Of a DNA stretch of 64,000 nt, positions 49,162-61,420 are shown one piece after another. Positions within the stretch are counted from its first letter, which is position 1. Every line of letters begins with the position of its first letter. Where the stretch lies: assembly GCF_048403405.1 (NCBI RefSeq), contig NZ_CP183135.1; one strand, written 5' to 3'. This DNA comes from Escherichia coli. Lineage in GTDB: Bacteria; Pseudomonadota; Gammaproteobacteria; Enterobacterales; Enterobacteriaceae. Both the position numbers and the translations under genes were made by a program. The notes beneath the pieces are model-generated. The model did no database searches. It worked only from the letters and a program-made list of their open reading frames with translations, and was not told the origin of the DNA.

Positions 49162-50435
49162 AAAAAAGTGTCGATTTTATTGGTGTAGGGACAGGGCCAT
49201 TTAATCTCAGCATTGCTGCGTTGTCACATCAGATCGAAGAACTGGACTGTCTCTTCTTTGATGAACATCCTCATTTTTCCTGGCATCCGGGTATGCTGGT
49301 ACCGGATTGTCATATGCAGACCGTCTTTCTGAAAGATCTGGTCAGTGCTGTTGCACCTACAAATCCCTACAGTTTTGTTAACTATCTGGTGAAGCACAAA
49401 AAGTTCTATCGCTTCCTTACAAGCAGACTACGTACAGTATCCCGTGAAGAGTTTTCTGACTACCTCCGCTGGGCTGCTGAAGATATGAATAACCTGTATT
49501 TCAGTCATACCGTTGAAAACATTGATTTCGATAAAAAACGTCGATTGTTTCTGGTGCAAACCAGCCAGGGAGAATATTTTGCCCGCAATATCTGCCTTGG
49601 TACAGGAAAACAACCTTATTTACCACCCTGTGTGAAGCATATGACACAATCCTGTTTCCATGCCAGTGAAATGAATCTTCGTCGGCCGGACCTTAGTGGA
49701 AAACGGATAACCGTGGTTGGTGGAGGACAGAGTGGTGCAGACCTGTTCCTTAATGCATTACGCGGGGAATGGGGAGAAGCGGCGGAAATAAACTGGGTCT
49801 CCCGGCGTAATAATTTTAACGCACTGGATGAGGCTGCTTTTGCTGATGAGTATTTTACACCTGAATATATTTCAGGCTTCTCCGGACTGGAGGAAGATAT
49901 TCGCCATCAGTTACTGGATGAGCAGAAAATGACATCGGATGGCATCACTGCCGATTCTTTACTGACCATTTATCGTGAGTTGTACCACCGTTTTGAAGTT
50001 CTGAGAAAACCAAGAAATATCCGTCTGCTACCCAGCCGCTCGGTAACAACTCTGGAAAGTAGTGGTCCTGGCTGGAAGTTGCTGATGGAGCATCATCTGG
50101 ATCAGGGCAGGGAGAGCCTGGAAAGTGATGTGGTGATTTTCGCCACAGGTTACCGTTCTGCGTTGCCACAAATACTTCCCTCACTGATGCCCCTGATCAC
50201 CATGCACGATAAGAACACCTTTAAAGTGCGTGATGACTTCACTCTGGAATGGAGTGGCCCGAAAGAGAACAACATCTTCGTGGTCAACGCCAGTATGCAA
50301 ACCCATGGCATCGCCGAACCCCAGCTCAGCCTGATGGCATGGAGATCTGCACGTATTCTTAATCGCGTAATGGGACGTGATTTATTCGATCTCAGTATGC
50401 CGCCCGCCCTGATTCAGTGGCGCAGCGGCACCTAG
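49158..50435 (+). CDS. iucD: L-lysine N6-monooxygenase IucD
   Basis: 425 aa, N-terminal FAD motif IGVGTGP, second GGGQSG motif. Confidence 0.85.
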   Translation: MKKSVDFIGVGTGPFNLSIAALSHQIEELDCLFFDEHPHFSWHPGMLVPDCHMQTVFLKDLVSAVAPTNPYSFVNYLVKHKKFYRFLTSRLRTVSREEFSDYLRWAAEDMNNLYFSHTVENIDFDKKRRLFLVQTSQGEYFARNICLGTGKQPYLPPCVKHMTQSCFHASEMNLRRPDLSGKRITVVGGGQSGADLFLNALRGEWGEAAEINWVSRRNNFNALDEAAFADEYFTPEYISGFSGLEEDIRHQLLDEQKMTSDGITADSLLTIYRELYHRFEVLRKPRNIRLLPSRSVTTLESSGPGWKLLMEHHLDQGRESLESDVVIFATGYRSALPQILPSLMPLITMHDKNTFKVRDDFTLEWSGPKENNIFVVNASMQTHGIAEPQLSLMAWRSARILNRVMGRDLFDLSMPPALIQWRSGT

Positions 50436-50516
50436 GGAAAACGCAGCCGGAGGCTGCTTCTTTAACTCGCTACACAGCATCTTTGGGCTGATTTTTTCCG
50501 CCCGTATGGAGGAATA

Positions 50517-52718
50517 ATGATGATAAGCAAAAAGTATACGCTTTGGGCTCTCAACCCACTGCTTCTTACCATGATGGCGCCAGCAGTCGCTCAACAAACC
50601 GATGATGAAACGTTCGTGGTGTCTGCCAACCGCAGCAATCGCACCGTAGCGGAGATGGCGCAAACCACCTGGGTTATCGAAAACGCCGAACTGGAACAGC
50701 AGATTCAGGGCGGCAAAGAGCTTAAAGACGCACTGGCTCAGCTGATCCCTGGCCTTGACGTCAGCAGCCGGAGCCGCACCAACTACGGTATGAATGTGCG
50801 TGGCCGCCCGCTGGTCGTGCTGGTTGACGGCGTGCGTCTCAACTCTTCACGTACCGACAGCCGACAACTGGACTCTATAGATCCTTTTAATATCGACCAT
50901 ATTGAAGTGATCTCCGGTGCGACGTCCCTGTACGGCGGCGGCAGTACCGGTGGCCTGATCAACATCGTGACCAAAAAAGGCCAGCCGGAAACCATGATGG
51001 AGTTTGAGGCTGGCACCAAAAGTGGCTTTAGCAGCAGTAAAGATCACGATGAACGCATTGCCGGAGCTGTCTCCGGCGGAAATGAGCATATCTCCGGACG
51101 TCTTTCCGTGGCATATCAGAAATTTGGCGGCTGGTTTGACGGTAACGGCGATGCCACCTTGCTTGATAACACCCAGACCGGCCTGCAGTACTCCGATCGG
51201 CTGGACATCATGGGAACTGGTACGCTGAACATCGATGAATCCCGGCAGCTTCAGTTGATCACACAGTACTATAAAAGCCAGGGCGACGACGATTACGGGC
51301 TTAATCTCGGGAAAGGCTTCTCTGCCATCAGAGGGACCAGCACGCCATTCGTCAGTAACGGGCTGAATTCCGACCGTATTCCCGGCACTGAGCGGCATTT
51401 GATCAGCCTGCAGTACTCTGACAGCGCTTTTCTGGGACAGGAGCTGGTCGGTCAGGTTTACTACCGCGATGAGTCGTTGCGATTCTACCCGTTCCCGACG
51501 GTAAATGCGAACAAACAGGTGACGGCTTTCTCTTCGTCACAGCAGGACACCGACCAGTACGGCATGAAACTGACTCTGAACAGCAAACCGATGGACGGCT
51601 GGCAAATCACCTGGGGGCTGGATGCTGATCATGAGCGCTTTACCTCCAACCAGATGTTCTTCGACCTGGCTCAGGCAAGCGCTTCCGGAGGGCTGAACAA
51701 CAAGAAGATTTACACCACCGGGCGCTATCCGTCGTATGACATCACCAACCTGGCGGCCTTCCTGCAATCAGGCTATGACATCAATAATCTCTTTACCCTC
51801 AACGGTGGCGTACGCTATCAGTACACTGAAAACAAGATTGATGATTTCATCGGCTACGCGCAGCAACGGCAGATTGCCGCCGGGAAGGCTACATCCGCCG
51901 ACGCCATTCCTGGCGGCTCAGTCGATTACGACAACTTCCTGTTCAACGCCGGTCTGCTGATGCACATCACCGAACGCCAGCAGGCATGGCTCAACTTCTC
52001 CCAGGGCGTGGAGCTGCCGGACCCGGGTAAATACTATGGTCGCGGCATCTATGGTGCTGCAGTGAACGGCCATCTTCCTCTAACAAAGAGTGTGAACGTC
52101 AGCGACAGCAAGCTGGAAGGCGTGAAAGTCGATTCTTATGAGCTGGGCTGGCGCTTTACTGGCAATAATCTGCGTACCCAAATCGCGGCCTACTATTCGA
52201 TTTCTGATAAGAGCGTGGTGGCGAATAAAGATCTGACCATCAGCGTGGTGGACGACAAACGCCGTATTTACGGCGTGGAAGGTGCGGTGGACTACCTGAT
52301 TCCTGATACTGACTGGAGTACCGGAGTGAACTTCAACGTGCTGAAAACTGAGTCGAAAGTGAACGGTACCTGGCAGAAATACGATGTGAAGACAGCAAGC
52401 CCATCAAAAGCGACAGCCTACATTGGCTGGGCACCGGACCCGTGGAGTCTGCGCGTGCAGAGCACCACCTCCTTTGACGTGAGCGACGCGCAGGGCTACA
52501 AGGTCGATGGCTATACCACCGTGGATCTGCTCGGCAGTTATCAGCTTCCGGTGGGTACACTCAGCTTCAGCATTGAAAACCTCTTCGACCGTGACTACAC
52601 CACTGTCTGGGGGCAGCGTGCACCACTGTACTACAGCCCGGGTTACGGCCCAGCGTCACTGTACGACTACAAAGGCAGGGGCCGAACCTTTGGTCTGAAC
52701 TACTCTGTGCTGTTCTGA
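50517..52718 (+). CDS. iutA: ferric aerobactin TonB-dependent receptor IutA
   Basis: 733 aa, signal peptide, TonB box region, C-terminal ...NYSVLF. Confidence 0.85.
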   Translation: MMISKKYTLWALNPLLLTMMAPAVAQQTDDETFVVSANRSNRTVAEMAQTTWVIENAELEQQIQGGKELKDALAQLIPGLDVSSRSRTNYGMNVRGRPLVVLVDGVRLNSSRTDSRQLDSIDPFNIDHIEVISGATSLYGGGSTGGLINIVTKKGQPETMMEFEAGTKSGFSSSKDHDERIAGAVSGGNEHISGRLSVAYQKFGGWFDGNGDATLLDNTQTGLQYSDRLDIMGTGTLNIDESRQLQLITQYYKSQGDDDYGLNLGKGFSAIRGTSTPFVSNGLNSDRIPGTERHLISLQYSDSAFLGQELVGQVYYRDESLRFYPFPTVNANKQVTAFSSSQQDTDQYGMKLTLNSKPMDGWQITWGLDADHERFTSNQMFFDLAQASASGGLNNKKIYTTGRYPSYDITNLAAFLQSGYDINNLFTLNGGVRYQYTENKIDDFIGYAQQRQIAAGKATSADAIPGGSVDYDNFLFNAGLLMHITERQQAWLNFSQGVELPDPGKYYGRGIYGAAVNGHLPLTKSVNVSDSKLEGVKVDSYELGWRFTGNNLRTQIAAYYSISDKSVVANKDLTISVVDDKRRIYGVEGAVDYLIPDTDWSTGVNFNVLKTESKVNGTWQKYDVKTASPSKATAYIGWAPDPWSLRVQSTTSFDVSDAQGYKVDGYTTVDLLGSYQLPVGTLSFSIENLFDRDYTTVWGQRAPLYYSPGYGPASLYDYKGRGRTFGLNYSVLF

Positions 52719-52790
52719 CCGGTATTCCTTTACAACAAAGGTACGCTGATATCAACATGGCCGCTGACAGCCAAGTTGATATCATATAAT

Positions 52791-52851
52791 ACACGACATA
52801 ATCTGTAGTCAGGGAGGATAGACTCTTTACTGACTACAGATTATGTCGTGT
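52791..52851. repeat. perfect 22-bp inverted repeat with 17-nt spacer just downstream of iutA; core resembles RepFIB iterons
   Basis: ACACGACATAATCTGTAGTCAG ... CTGACTACAGATTATGTCGTGT; core CTGTAGTCAG also occurs in the iterons at 33950-34000. Confidence 0.5.
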
Positions 52852-53243
52852 TCCGTGCTCATTTCCTCAAAAAAATACAAGAAAAGAATTAGTATTCTAA
52901 CAAAAAGTGAAATAAATTGTATCAAACTCCCTCTTTTAATCCTGTTGAGTAAATCAGCTTTTGCAATAGGATTGAAAGAGTGTAAGTGGAATCTCTTCCG
53001 GATACTCGTTACCACCGTGGCTAGAATATCTACGGCTGCGGGCCAGTAATAGATTAAGTGATAACAGCTGTCTGGAAATGTAGGGGCGTATCCACTAATC
53101 ATAATCATTGTGAGATAAATATTACGGGGCATTTTATAATGAATAAAATATACTCTCTAAAATATTGTCATATTACCAATACCATGAAGGTGATGCTGCC
53201 AACTTACTGATTTAGTGTATGATGGTGTTTTTGAGGTGCTCCA

Positions 53244-53519
53244 GTGGCTTCTGTTTCTATCAGCTGTCCCTCCTGTTCAGCTACTGACGGGGTGGTGCGT
53301 AACGGCAAAAGCACCGCCGGACATCAGCGCTATCTCTGCTCTCACTGCCGTAAAACATGGCAACTGCAGTTCACTTACACCGCTTCTCAACCCGGTACGC
53401 ACCAGAAAATCATTGATATGGCCATGAATGGCGTTGGATGCCGGGCAACAGCCCGCATTATGGGCGTTGGCCTCAACACGATTTTACGTCACTTAAAAAA
53501 CTCAGGCCGCAGTCGGTAA
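53244..53519 (+). CDS. insA: IS1 InsA
   Basis: 91-aa InsA ORF. Confidence 0.85.
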
Positions 53520-53540
53520 CCTCGCGCATACAGCCGGGCA

Positions 53541-53930
53541 GTGACGTCATCGTCTGCGCGGAAATGGACGAACAGTGGGGCTATGTCGCGCCAGCGCTGG
53601 CTGTTTTACGCGTATGACAGTCTCCGGAAGACGGTTGTTGCGCACGTATTCGGTGAACGCACTATGGCGACGCTGGGGCGTCTTATGAGCCTGCTGTCAC
53701 CCTTTGACGTGGTGATATGGATGACGGATGGCTGGCCGCTGTATGAATCCCGCCTGAAGGGAAAGCTGCACGTAATCAGCAAGCGATATACGCAGCGAAT
53801 TGAGCGGCATAACCTGAATCTGAGGCAGCACCTGGCACGGCTGGGACGGAAGTCGCTGTCGTTCTCAAAATCGGTGGAGCTGCATGACAAAGTCATCGGG
53901 CATTATCTGAACATAAAACACTATCAATAA
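53541..53930 (+). pseudogene. insB: IS1 InsB, N-terminal region disrupted by the 11-bp deletion
   Basis: Track ORF (129 aa) matches InsB only from ...[11 protein letters not shown] onward. Confidence 0.7.
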
Positions 53931-54183
53931 GTTGGAGTCATTACCGCGCTTCCTGGGGGGTTAATGGCTGATGACGATAAAATCATATATCGAATGATTT
54001 ATTTCTCTGCCTGTAAATATCAGGCCAGGATTTATTATGCGATTAATGATAAATATCATATCATCTGCGGGTTTCCCTCCACGCAGGTCCGGTTTCCGGC
54101 GAAACCGGAGCCTCATTTTTCGGCCTGAAGTTTTGTCGTTGACTACTTTTTACCGGCTTGTGCCCAGTTGAGAAGCCGCTGAC

Positions 54184-55206
54184 TTAGTTTCTGAATCTCC
54201 GAAGATGGCTTTCCGGAATAAAATAGATGTTGCCCCGTGCCCGTGAGCAGGCCACGTATAGCCTGTTACGGGATGATGGTGGAAGTGCTGCCAGCTTCTG
54301 TTGGATGAGGCGCATCCAGTGGTTGGCCCCCATCACGATGCAGACGTCCTGAAAGTGGTCGAGTCCTTTACTGCCCCCCCAGTTCATTGAGTGGCATCCG
54401 TAACGGTGATGTTCGCGATAGAAGAGCTTGATCATCGTGTTGTCCGCGTGCAGGGCCGCTGAACGCGCTTCATCCGTGACGATTTCAATCTGGGTGGTAT
54501 GTGTTCCATGAGCCGAAATGCGAATGTTCAGTTGTCCGGTAATGAACTCACACACTGTAGCTGAACAGCGCCATGTCCGGCTGAGCGTCTCACAATCCAC
54601 CATGATACCCGCAGCCCTGAAGCGAGCCTCGTATCGGGTTATGTCTTCATGCAGCGTAGCATTGACGTTACCGTCGCGGCTTGTGTCAAAGGTATGCTGA
54701 TAAAAATCCCCGCAGCACAGCACTGAGATTTCCGCGCGGCATAGCTCCAGCAGAAAATTAAAGTCATGGCCGGCAAAGTCCTGGACTTCATCAACGAACA
54801 ACTCATCGTAGTAACGGGCAAGTCGGGTACGGATATCTGGCAGCAACCCCCGGGCTGTCAGCAGGTGTGCGAGCCGCCGGTGATACAGCCGTCCGGCGGG
54901 ATCCTGATAATGCCGGATATTCGTGCGCGGTATTCTGGAAGGGGGCTGGTTGAAGCTCAGACCACGCGATGACAGTTGCTCCTGCAGGAAAGGGCGAAAA
55001 CAGAAACCGTGCAGAAACTCAAACCAGGTCATCACACGGATCCCGTACGGTATGTAGCCAAAGCGTCTGATAATCTGCGCCCGCAGATGTGCTTCATTAT
55101 TTACGGTGAAGGTCAGGATCAGCGTCCGCCGGTCCTCTCTTAACCGACGTATCAGCAGCGTGGTTTTACCCGAGCCGGCAACCGCAAATATCACTCTCTT
55201 ATCCAT
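54184..55206 (-). CDS. compact SF1 (UvrD-like) helicase-family protein, 340 aa
   Basis: Walker A AVAGSGKTT, motif II FVDEVQD, motif V WGGSKGLDHFQDVCIVMG, motif VI LYVACSRARG; start overlaps the upstream ATPase gene by 16 nt. Confidence 0.55.
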   Translation of the reverse strand: MDKRVIFAVAGSGKTTLLIRRLREDRRTLILTFTVNNEAHLRAQIIRRFGYIPYGIRVMTWFEFLHGFCFRPFLQEQLSSRGLSFNQPPSRIPRTNIRHYQDPAGRLYHRRLAHLLTARGLLPDIRTRLARYYDELFVDEVQDFAGHDFNFLLELCRAEISVLCCGDFYQHTFDTSRDGNVNATLHEDITRYEARFRAAGIMVDCETLSRTWRCSATVCEFITGQLNIRISAHGTHTTQIEIVTDEARSAALHADNTMIKLFYREHHRYGCHSMNWGGSKGLDHFQDVCIVMGANHWMRLIQQKLAALPPSSRNRLYVACSRARGNIYFIPESHLRRFRN

Positions 55207-56755
55207 GCCAGTGCCTCCTGGATATAATCAGGAACGGTCAGCTTTTCGGCGTGCAACTGTAACAGCTGGAATGCTGCTTCTGCCTTATTGGCCAGCATGT
55301 AATCCTGAACCGTGAGTGTCCGGCGGGTTCCGCGGAAAAGCGCATCACACAGGTCGGCATTATCCTGATACAGGCAGATTTCAAATGTGGAGCGGCTGTT
55401 GTCGTGGTCAGCAAATGCCCGGGAGCGGGAACAAAGCACGTCAGCATAGCGTTCATCGCAATTTTGCTGATAGTTGCCGTCATTGTCGCGAAGGGCCGCG
55501 ACACGATTTTCCAGAAGACGGGCCAGTTCAAGATAACGACGGAAACTCGTTCCGCCGATAGCGATGATGTGAACCCCGTCATCCTCCGGTGCCCTGCCAT
55601 ACAGGCGGTGATAAAAGGCCTCGATCAGAATAAACTCAGCATCCCCCTCCACGAGCAGCACGCGTCTGGCCAGCGCAAATTCCAGCACGTTATTATCCGG
55701 TGCTTTCATGAAGAAGGCGGCAGTCTCAGCGGAAAGTTCATTCATCAGTACCGGCCGGGTAGCTCCGAGGAGAATAGCCTTACGTAGGTCGAGGCGGGAG
55801 GAGATATGGCTACTGTGTGTGGCAATAAACACCTGCGTCTGCCGTTCCGTGGCAAGCTGATTAACCAGCCTCTTCATACTGACATGGCTGAGATGATTCT
55901 CCGGCTCCTCAAGCAACAGCGCGTGGATCTCTCCCCCTGCTGCTGATGCCGCTGCAGCGCAAACTCCGTTTTGATGAAACACTGTCTTCCTTTTCCGCGG
56001 TGACGAATGGAAATACCGTCCTCAGTAATGTCCAGGTTCGCCTCAAGACCTGATTTAGCGCCGGAACGCACGCCAAACTGATACGTTTTCAGCGTGTCGT
56101 TTATGGCGGACAGATGCCGGGCGCAGAAGTGCATTTTCTGTTGCCGGTAACTGTTTTCAAGCCGGTACCGATCGGCCACCGGCACATTGACGCTGTAAAC
56201 TGTGCGCGTATACTCCTGTGCGGCATGCTCGTTATCAATGCGTGCACTGTCTAAGAACAGATGGCGCAGATAGCGTCTGAAGCCTGCGAAATGACCACCG
56301 GAGAATGTGCTGAACTGCACGGAATAGTATTCATAGGGAAAATTATCAGGATCCTGCTGCAAAACATGGTGTATATCCTGACCGTATTCCTCCATCATGG
56401 GAGCAATGCGCATTCTGAGACCATCCGCATCGATACCCGCCAGATTTTGCCTGCCGTTCAGGTCAGGCTCTCCCCCATTACTCAGGAAAACGTCAGCGGT
56501 CAGCACGGGTAACTGATCGGCACGGCGCTCACCTTCCTGAAAATGCCTGACTGCTGACTGTGACAGGAGCGATTCCACCCCCAGCGCCTCAACCCGATGC
56601 CTGCTGTCACTCAGCACAAGGTCAAGAGCCAGCAGAATAGTGCTTTTCCCGGACTCATTGTCCCCAACCAGAATGTTACGATCGTTGCTGAAGCGCAGGT
56701 CCAGTTCCGGAAACTTTTTGAAGTTTTGCAGCATAAGCCGCGTGATCAGTGGCAT
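55191..56755 (-). CDS. OLD-family ABC-ATPase/TOPRIM nuclease-like protein (~520 aa); frame broken once at a C5 run (55933-55937)
   Basis: N-terminal ORF has Walker A GDNESGKST; C-terminal ORF has Walker B/H-loop LLLEEPENHLSH and TOPRIM-like LLVEGDAE ... RDNDG. Confidence 0.55.
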
Positions 56756-56829
56756 TTTTTTATTCCTTTATATACCGCTGCCTGAAAGAGCGGCCGGCCG
56801 CGCCTGACCGCCTGTTTTGTTTTACAGCG

Positions 56830-57246
56830 TTATCTTACCCAGTCTTCCAGCACAAGACCCGGTACCCGCTCAAACTCTCTCACATTATTCGTCACCAGAA
56901 TGGCACAGGCAGCGATGGCGTGTCCGGCTATCGCCGTGTCGTTCGGACCGATCGGCGTGCCGGCGAGACGCAGTGCCACCTTAATCTCCGTGGTCGCATC
57001 CACCGCGGCGCGGTCCCACGGCAGGACGGCATCGAGCCTCTCACAGAACGCGTCAACCAGTTGCACGTGGCGTGGCGAGGCCTTCGGACCGGTGGCACCG
57101 AAGCGCATCTCGGAGTAGGTGATGGCCGAGACCACGATACGGTGACCGCGCAGCACCGACTGCTCCAGGTGCTTAAGCAATGCTTCAGGTTGCTCGCGCA
57201 TGATGAACGAGCAGATGTTCGTGTCGAGCATATAGATCTTGTTCAC
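56830..57246 (-). CDS. vagD: PIN-domain toxin VagD (VapC family)
   Basis: MNKIYMLDTNICSFIMREQPEALLKHLEQSVLRGHRIVVSAITYSEMRFG... 138 aa. Confidence 0.85.
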   Translation of the reverse strand: MNKIYMLDTNICSFIMREQPEALLKHLEQSVLRGHRIVVSAITYSEMRFGATGPKASPRHVQLVDAFCERLDAVLPWDRAAVDATTEIKVALRLAGTPIGPNDTAIAGHAIAACAILVTNNVREFERVPGLVLEDWVR

Positions 57247-57473
57247 AGGTTAACTCGTCCTTCGTCGCTGACAACGTCCTCGCGCTCCGTCATAAAGTCC
57301 GGATCGGCCTTTTCTAGCTCCAGGAATGAGCCCCAGGTCGGCCGGACGGGGCGCAGAATGATGCTGTCCCCTTCCCGGACGATCTCCAGCTCGCTCACCC
57401 CCTCAAAATCCAGATCGCGTGGAAGGCGGATAGCACGGTTGTTGCCATTTTTAAAAATGGATACGGTTCTCAT
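57243..57473 (-). CDS. vagC: antitoxin VagC (AbrB/SpoVT-type)
   Basis: MRTVSIFKNGNNRAIRLPRDLDFEGVSELEIVREGDSIILRPV... from in-frame ATG 57473; overlaps vagD by 4 nt. Confidence 0.85.
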   Translation of the reverse strand: MRTVSIFKNGNNRAIRLPRDLDFEGVSELEIVREGDSIILRPVRPTWGSFLELEKADPDFMTEREDVVSDEGRVNL

Positions 57474-58032
57474 GATTCTCTCCCGGGTAAGTGTGGATAT
57501 GTGATGCATATCCGGAATGATGTTCATTGCACCGGGTGTGTGCATATGTTTAGTATAGGCAGATGTCAGGCATATGGATATGTTCAGCCTATGTTATTTT
57601 CTCTCTTTCCCCGTGCAGATCCGGTTTCTGGTGGTTCCGGATCCGCGGATCCTTCGCTGCCGCCCGCTGGTCCGCTTTCACAGGATGTGGTGTCCCGCTC
57701 CGCTGACATGACACTGTATGTTGTGTTTCTTCCCGTGTTCCCGAGCCAGTCATCAGCGGCAGAAAAGATCGCTTCGCTTATTCACTGATCCTGATTCACT
57801 TCCGGAAAATCCTGAATCCGATAAAAATCGGATCATAGAAAAACAGTCATCCTGTAATTTATCATGGTTACTACATTGCAGGTTATTATTGTCATGATTA
57901 CTTTTCAGGTCAGTTATTGATGGTGGTGTTAATAATAGCTGGATAACAATATTCCGTTGCCGGAGGCATGTTATAGCGTAATACTGGTGTATACTTAATG
58001 GTGTACAGAGAGTATGTAAGATGAGGTGCATT

Positions 58033-58558
<526 letters not shown>

Positions 58559-59365
58559 ATGTCAGGCTCCGTTATACACAGCCAGTCTGCAGCCATGGTA
58601 CCGGCAGTGTATTCTGCCGGACAGTCTGCACAACTTCCTGTTGCCATTGATTATCCGGCAGCTCTGGCACTCCGCCAGATGTCGATGGTTCATGATGAAC
58701 TGCCGAAATATCTGCTGGCTCCCGAGGTGAGTGCCCTGCTTCATTATGTCCCGGATCTGCGCCGCAAGATGCTGCTGGCCACTCTGTGGAACACCGGCGC
58801 GCGTATTAATGAAGCACTAGCGCTGACGCGGGGGGATTTTTCGCTCACGCCTCCGTATCCGTTTGTGCAGCTTGCGACCCTGAAACAACGGACCGAAAAA
58901 GCTGCCAGGACGGCGGGGAGAATGCCCGCCGGTCAGCAGACTCACCGGCTGGTTCCGCTCTCTGACTCCTGGTACGTCAGCCAGCTGCAGACGATGGTGG
59001 CAACACTGAAAATACCCATGGAGCGGCGTAACCGTCGCACAGGAAGGACAGAGAAAGCGCGGATCTGGGAAGTGACGGACAGAACGGTCAGGACCTGGAT
59101 TGGGGAGGCGGTTGCCGCCGCTGCTGCTGACGGTGTGACGTTCTCTGTTCCGGTCACACCACATACGTTCCGCCATTCCTATGCGATGCACATGCTGTAT
59201 GCCGGTATACCGCTGAAAGTTCTGCAAAGCCTGATGGGACATAAGTCCATCAGTTCAACGGAAGTCTACACGAAGGTTTTTGCGCTGGATGTGGCTGCCC
59301 GGCACCGGGTGCAGTTTGCGATGCCGGAGTCTGATGCGGTTGCGATGCTGAAACAATTATCCTGA
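58559..59365 (+). CDS. resD: tyrosine recombinase ResD (F-type multimer resolvase)
   Basis: 268 aa, ...HTFRHSYAMHMLYAGIPLKVLQSLMGHKSISSTEVYTKV, directly after ccdB. Confidence 0.85.
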   Translation: MSGSVIHSQSAAMVPAVYSAGQSAQLPVAIDYPAALALRQMSMVHDELPKYLLAPEVSALLHYVPDLRRKMLLATLWNTGARINEALALTRGDFSLTPPYPFVQLATLKQRTEKAARTAGRMPAGQQTHRLVPLSDSWYVSQLQTMVATLKIPMERRNRRTGRTEKARIWEVTDRTVRTWIGEAVAAAAADGVTFSVPVTPHTFRHSYAMHMLYAGIPLKVLQSLMGHKSISSTEVYTKVFALDVAARHRVQFAMPESDAVAMLKQLS

Positions 59366-59829
59366 GAATAAATGCCTTGGCCTTTATATGGAAATGTGGA
59401 ACTGAGTGGATATGCTGTTTTTGTCTGTTAAACAGAGAAGCTGGCTGTTATCCACTGAGAAGCGAACGAGACAGTCGGGAAAATCTCCCATTATCGTAGA
59501 GATCCGCATTATTAATCTCAGGAGCCTGTGTAGCGTTTATAGGAAGTAGTGTTCTGTCATGATGCCTGCAAGCGGTAACGAAAACGATTTGAATATGCCT
59601 TCAGGAACAATAGAAATCTTCGTGCGGTGTTACGTTGAAGTGGAGCGGATTATGTCAGCAATGGACAGAACAACCTAATGAACACAGAACCATGATGTTT
59701 GGTCTGTCCTTTTACAGCCAGTAGTGCTCGCCGCAGTCGAGCGACAGGGCGAAGCCCTCGAGTGAGCGAGGAAGCACCAGGGAACAGCACTTATATATTC
59801 TGCTTACACACGATGCCTGAAAAAACTTC

Positions 59830-60842
<1,013 letters not shown>

Positions 60843-60844
60843 TC

Positions 60845-61100
60845 TGAGGGTTATCTGTCACAGATTTGAGGGTGGTTCGTCACATTTATTCTGACCTACT
60901 GAGGGTAATTTGTCACAGTTTTGCTGTTTCCTTCAGCCTGCATGGATTTTCTCATACTTTTTGAACTGTAATTTTTAAGGAAGCCAAATTTGAGGGCAGT
61001 TTGTCACAGTTGATTTCCTTCTCTTTCCCTTCGTCATGTGACCTGATATCGGGGGTTAGTTCGTCATCATTGATGAGGGTTGATTATCACAGTTTATTAC
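60845..61100. repeat. incC iterons of RepFIA
   Basis: Five direct repeats with core TGAGGG-n-TTTGTCACAG / TCGTCAC downstream of repE. Confidence 0.6.
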
Positions 61101-61420
61101 TCTGAATTGGCTATCCGCGTGTGTACCTCTACCTGGAGTTTTTCCCACGGTGGATATTTCTTCTTGCGCTGAGCGTAAGAGCTATCTGACAGAACAGTTC
61201 TTCTTTGCTTCCTCGCCAGTTCGCTCGCTATGCTCGGTTACACGGCTGCGGCGAGCGCTAGTGATAATAAGTGACTGAGGTATGTGCTCTTCTTATCTCC
61301 TTTTGTAGTGTTGCTCTTATTTTAAACAACTTTGCGGTTTTTTGATGACTTTGCGATTTTGTTGTTGCTTTGCAGTAAATTGCAAGATTTAATAAAAAAA
61401 CGCAAAGCAATGATTAAAGG

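Larger units (their letters stand above)
53189..53945 (+). mobile_element. IS1 copy 3 (757 bp) with an 11-bp internal deletion; no flanking target duplication
   Basis: IRL GGTGATGCTGCC at 53189, IRR end ...GTTGGAGTCATTACC at 53945; GGGCTAAATCG missing versus the other two copies. Confidence 0.9.

Noticed and set aside
56749-57504. A 251-aa plus-strand ORF overlapping vagD and vagC
   Set aside because: Antisense to two well-supported toxin-antitoxin genes, Arg/Ser-rich low-complexity translation; treated as spurious.
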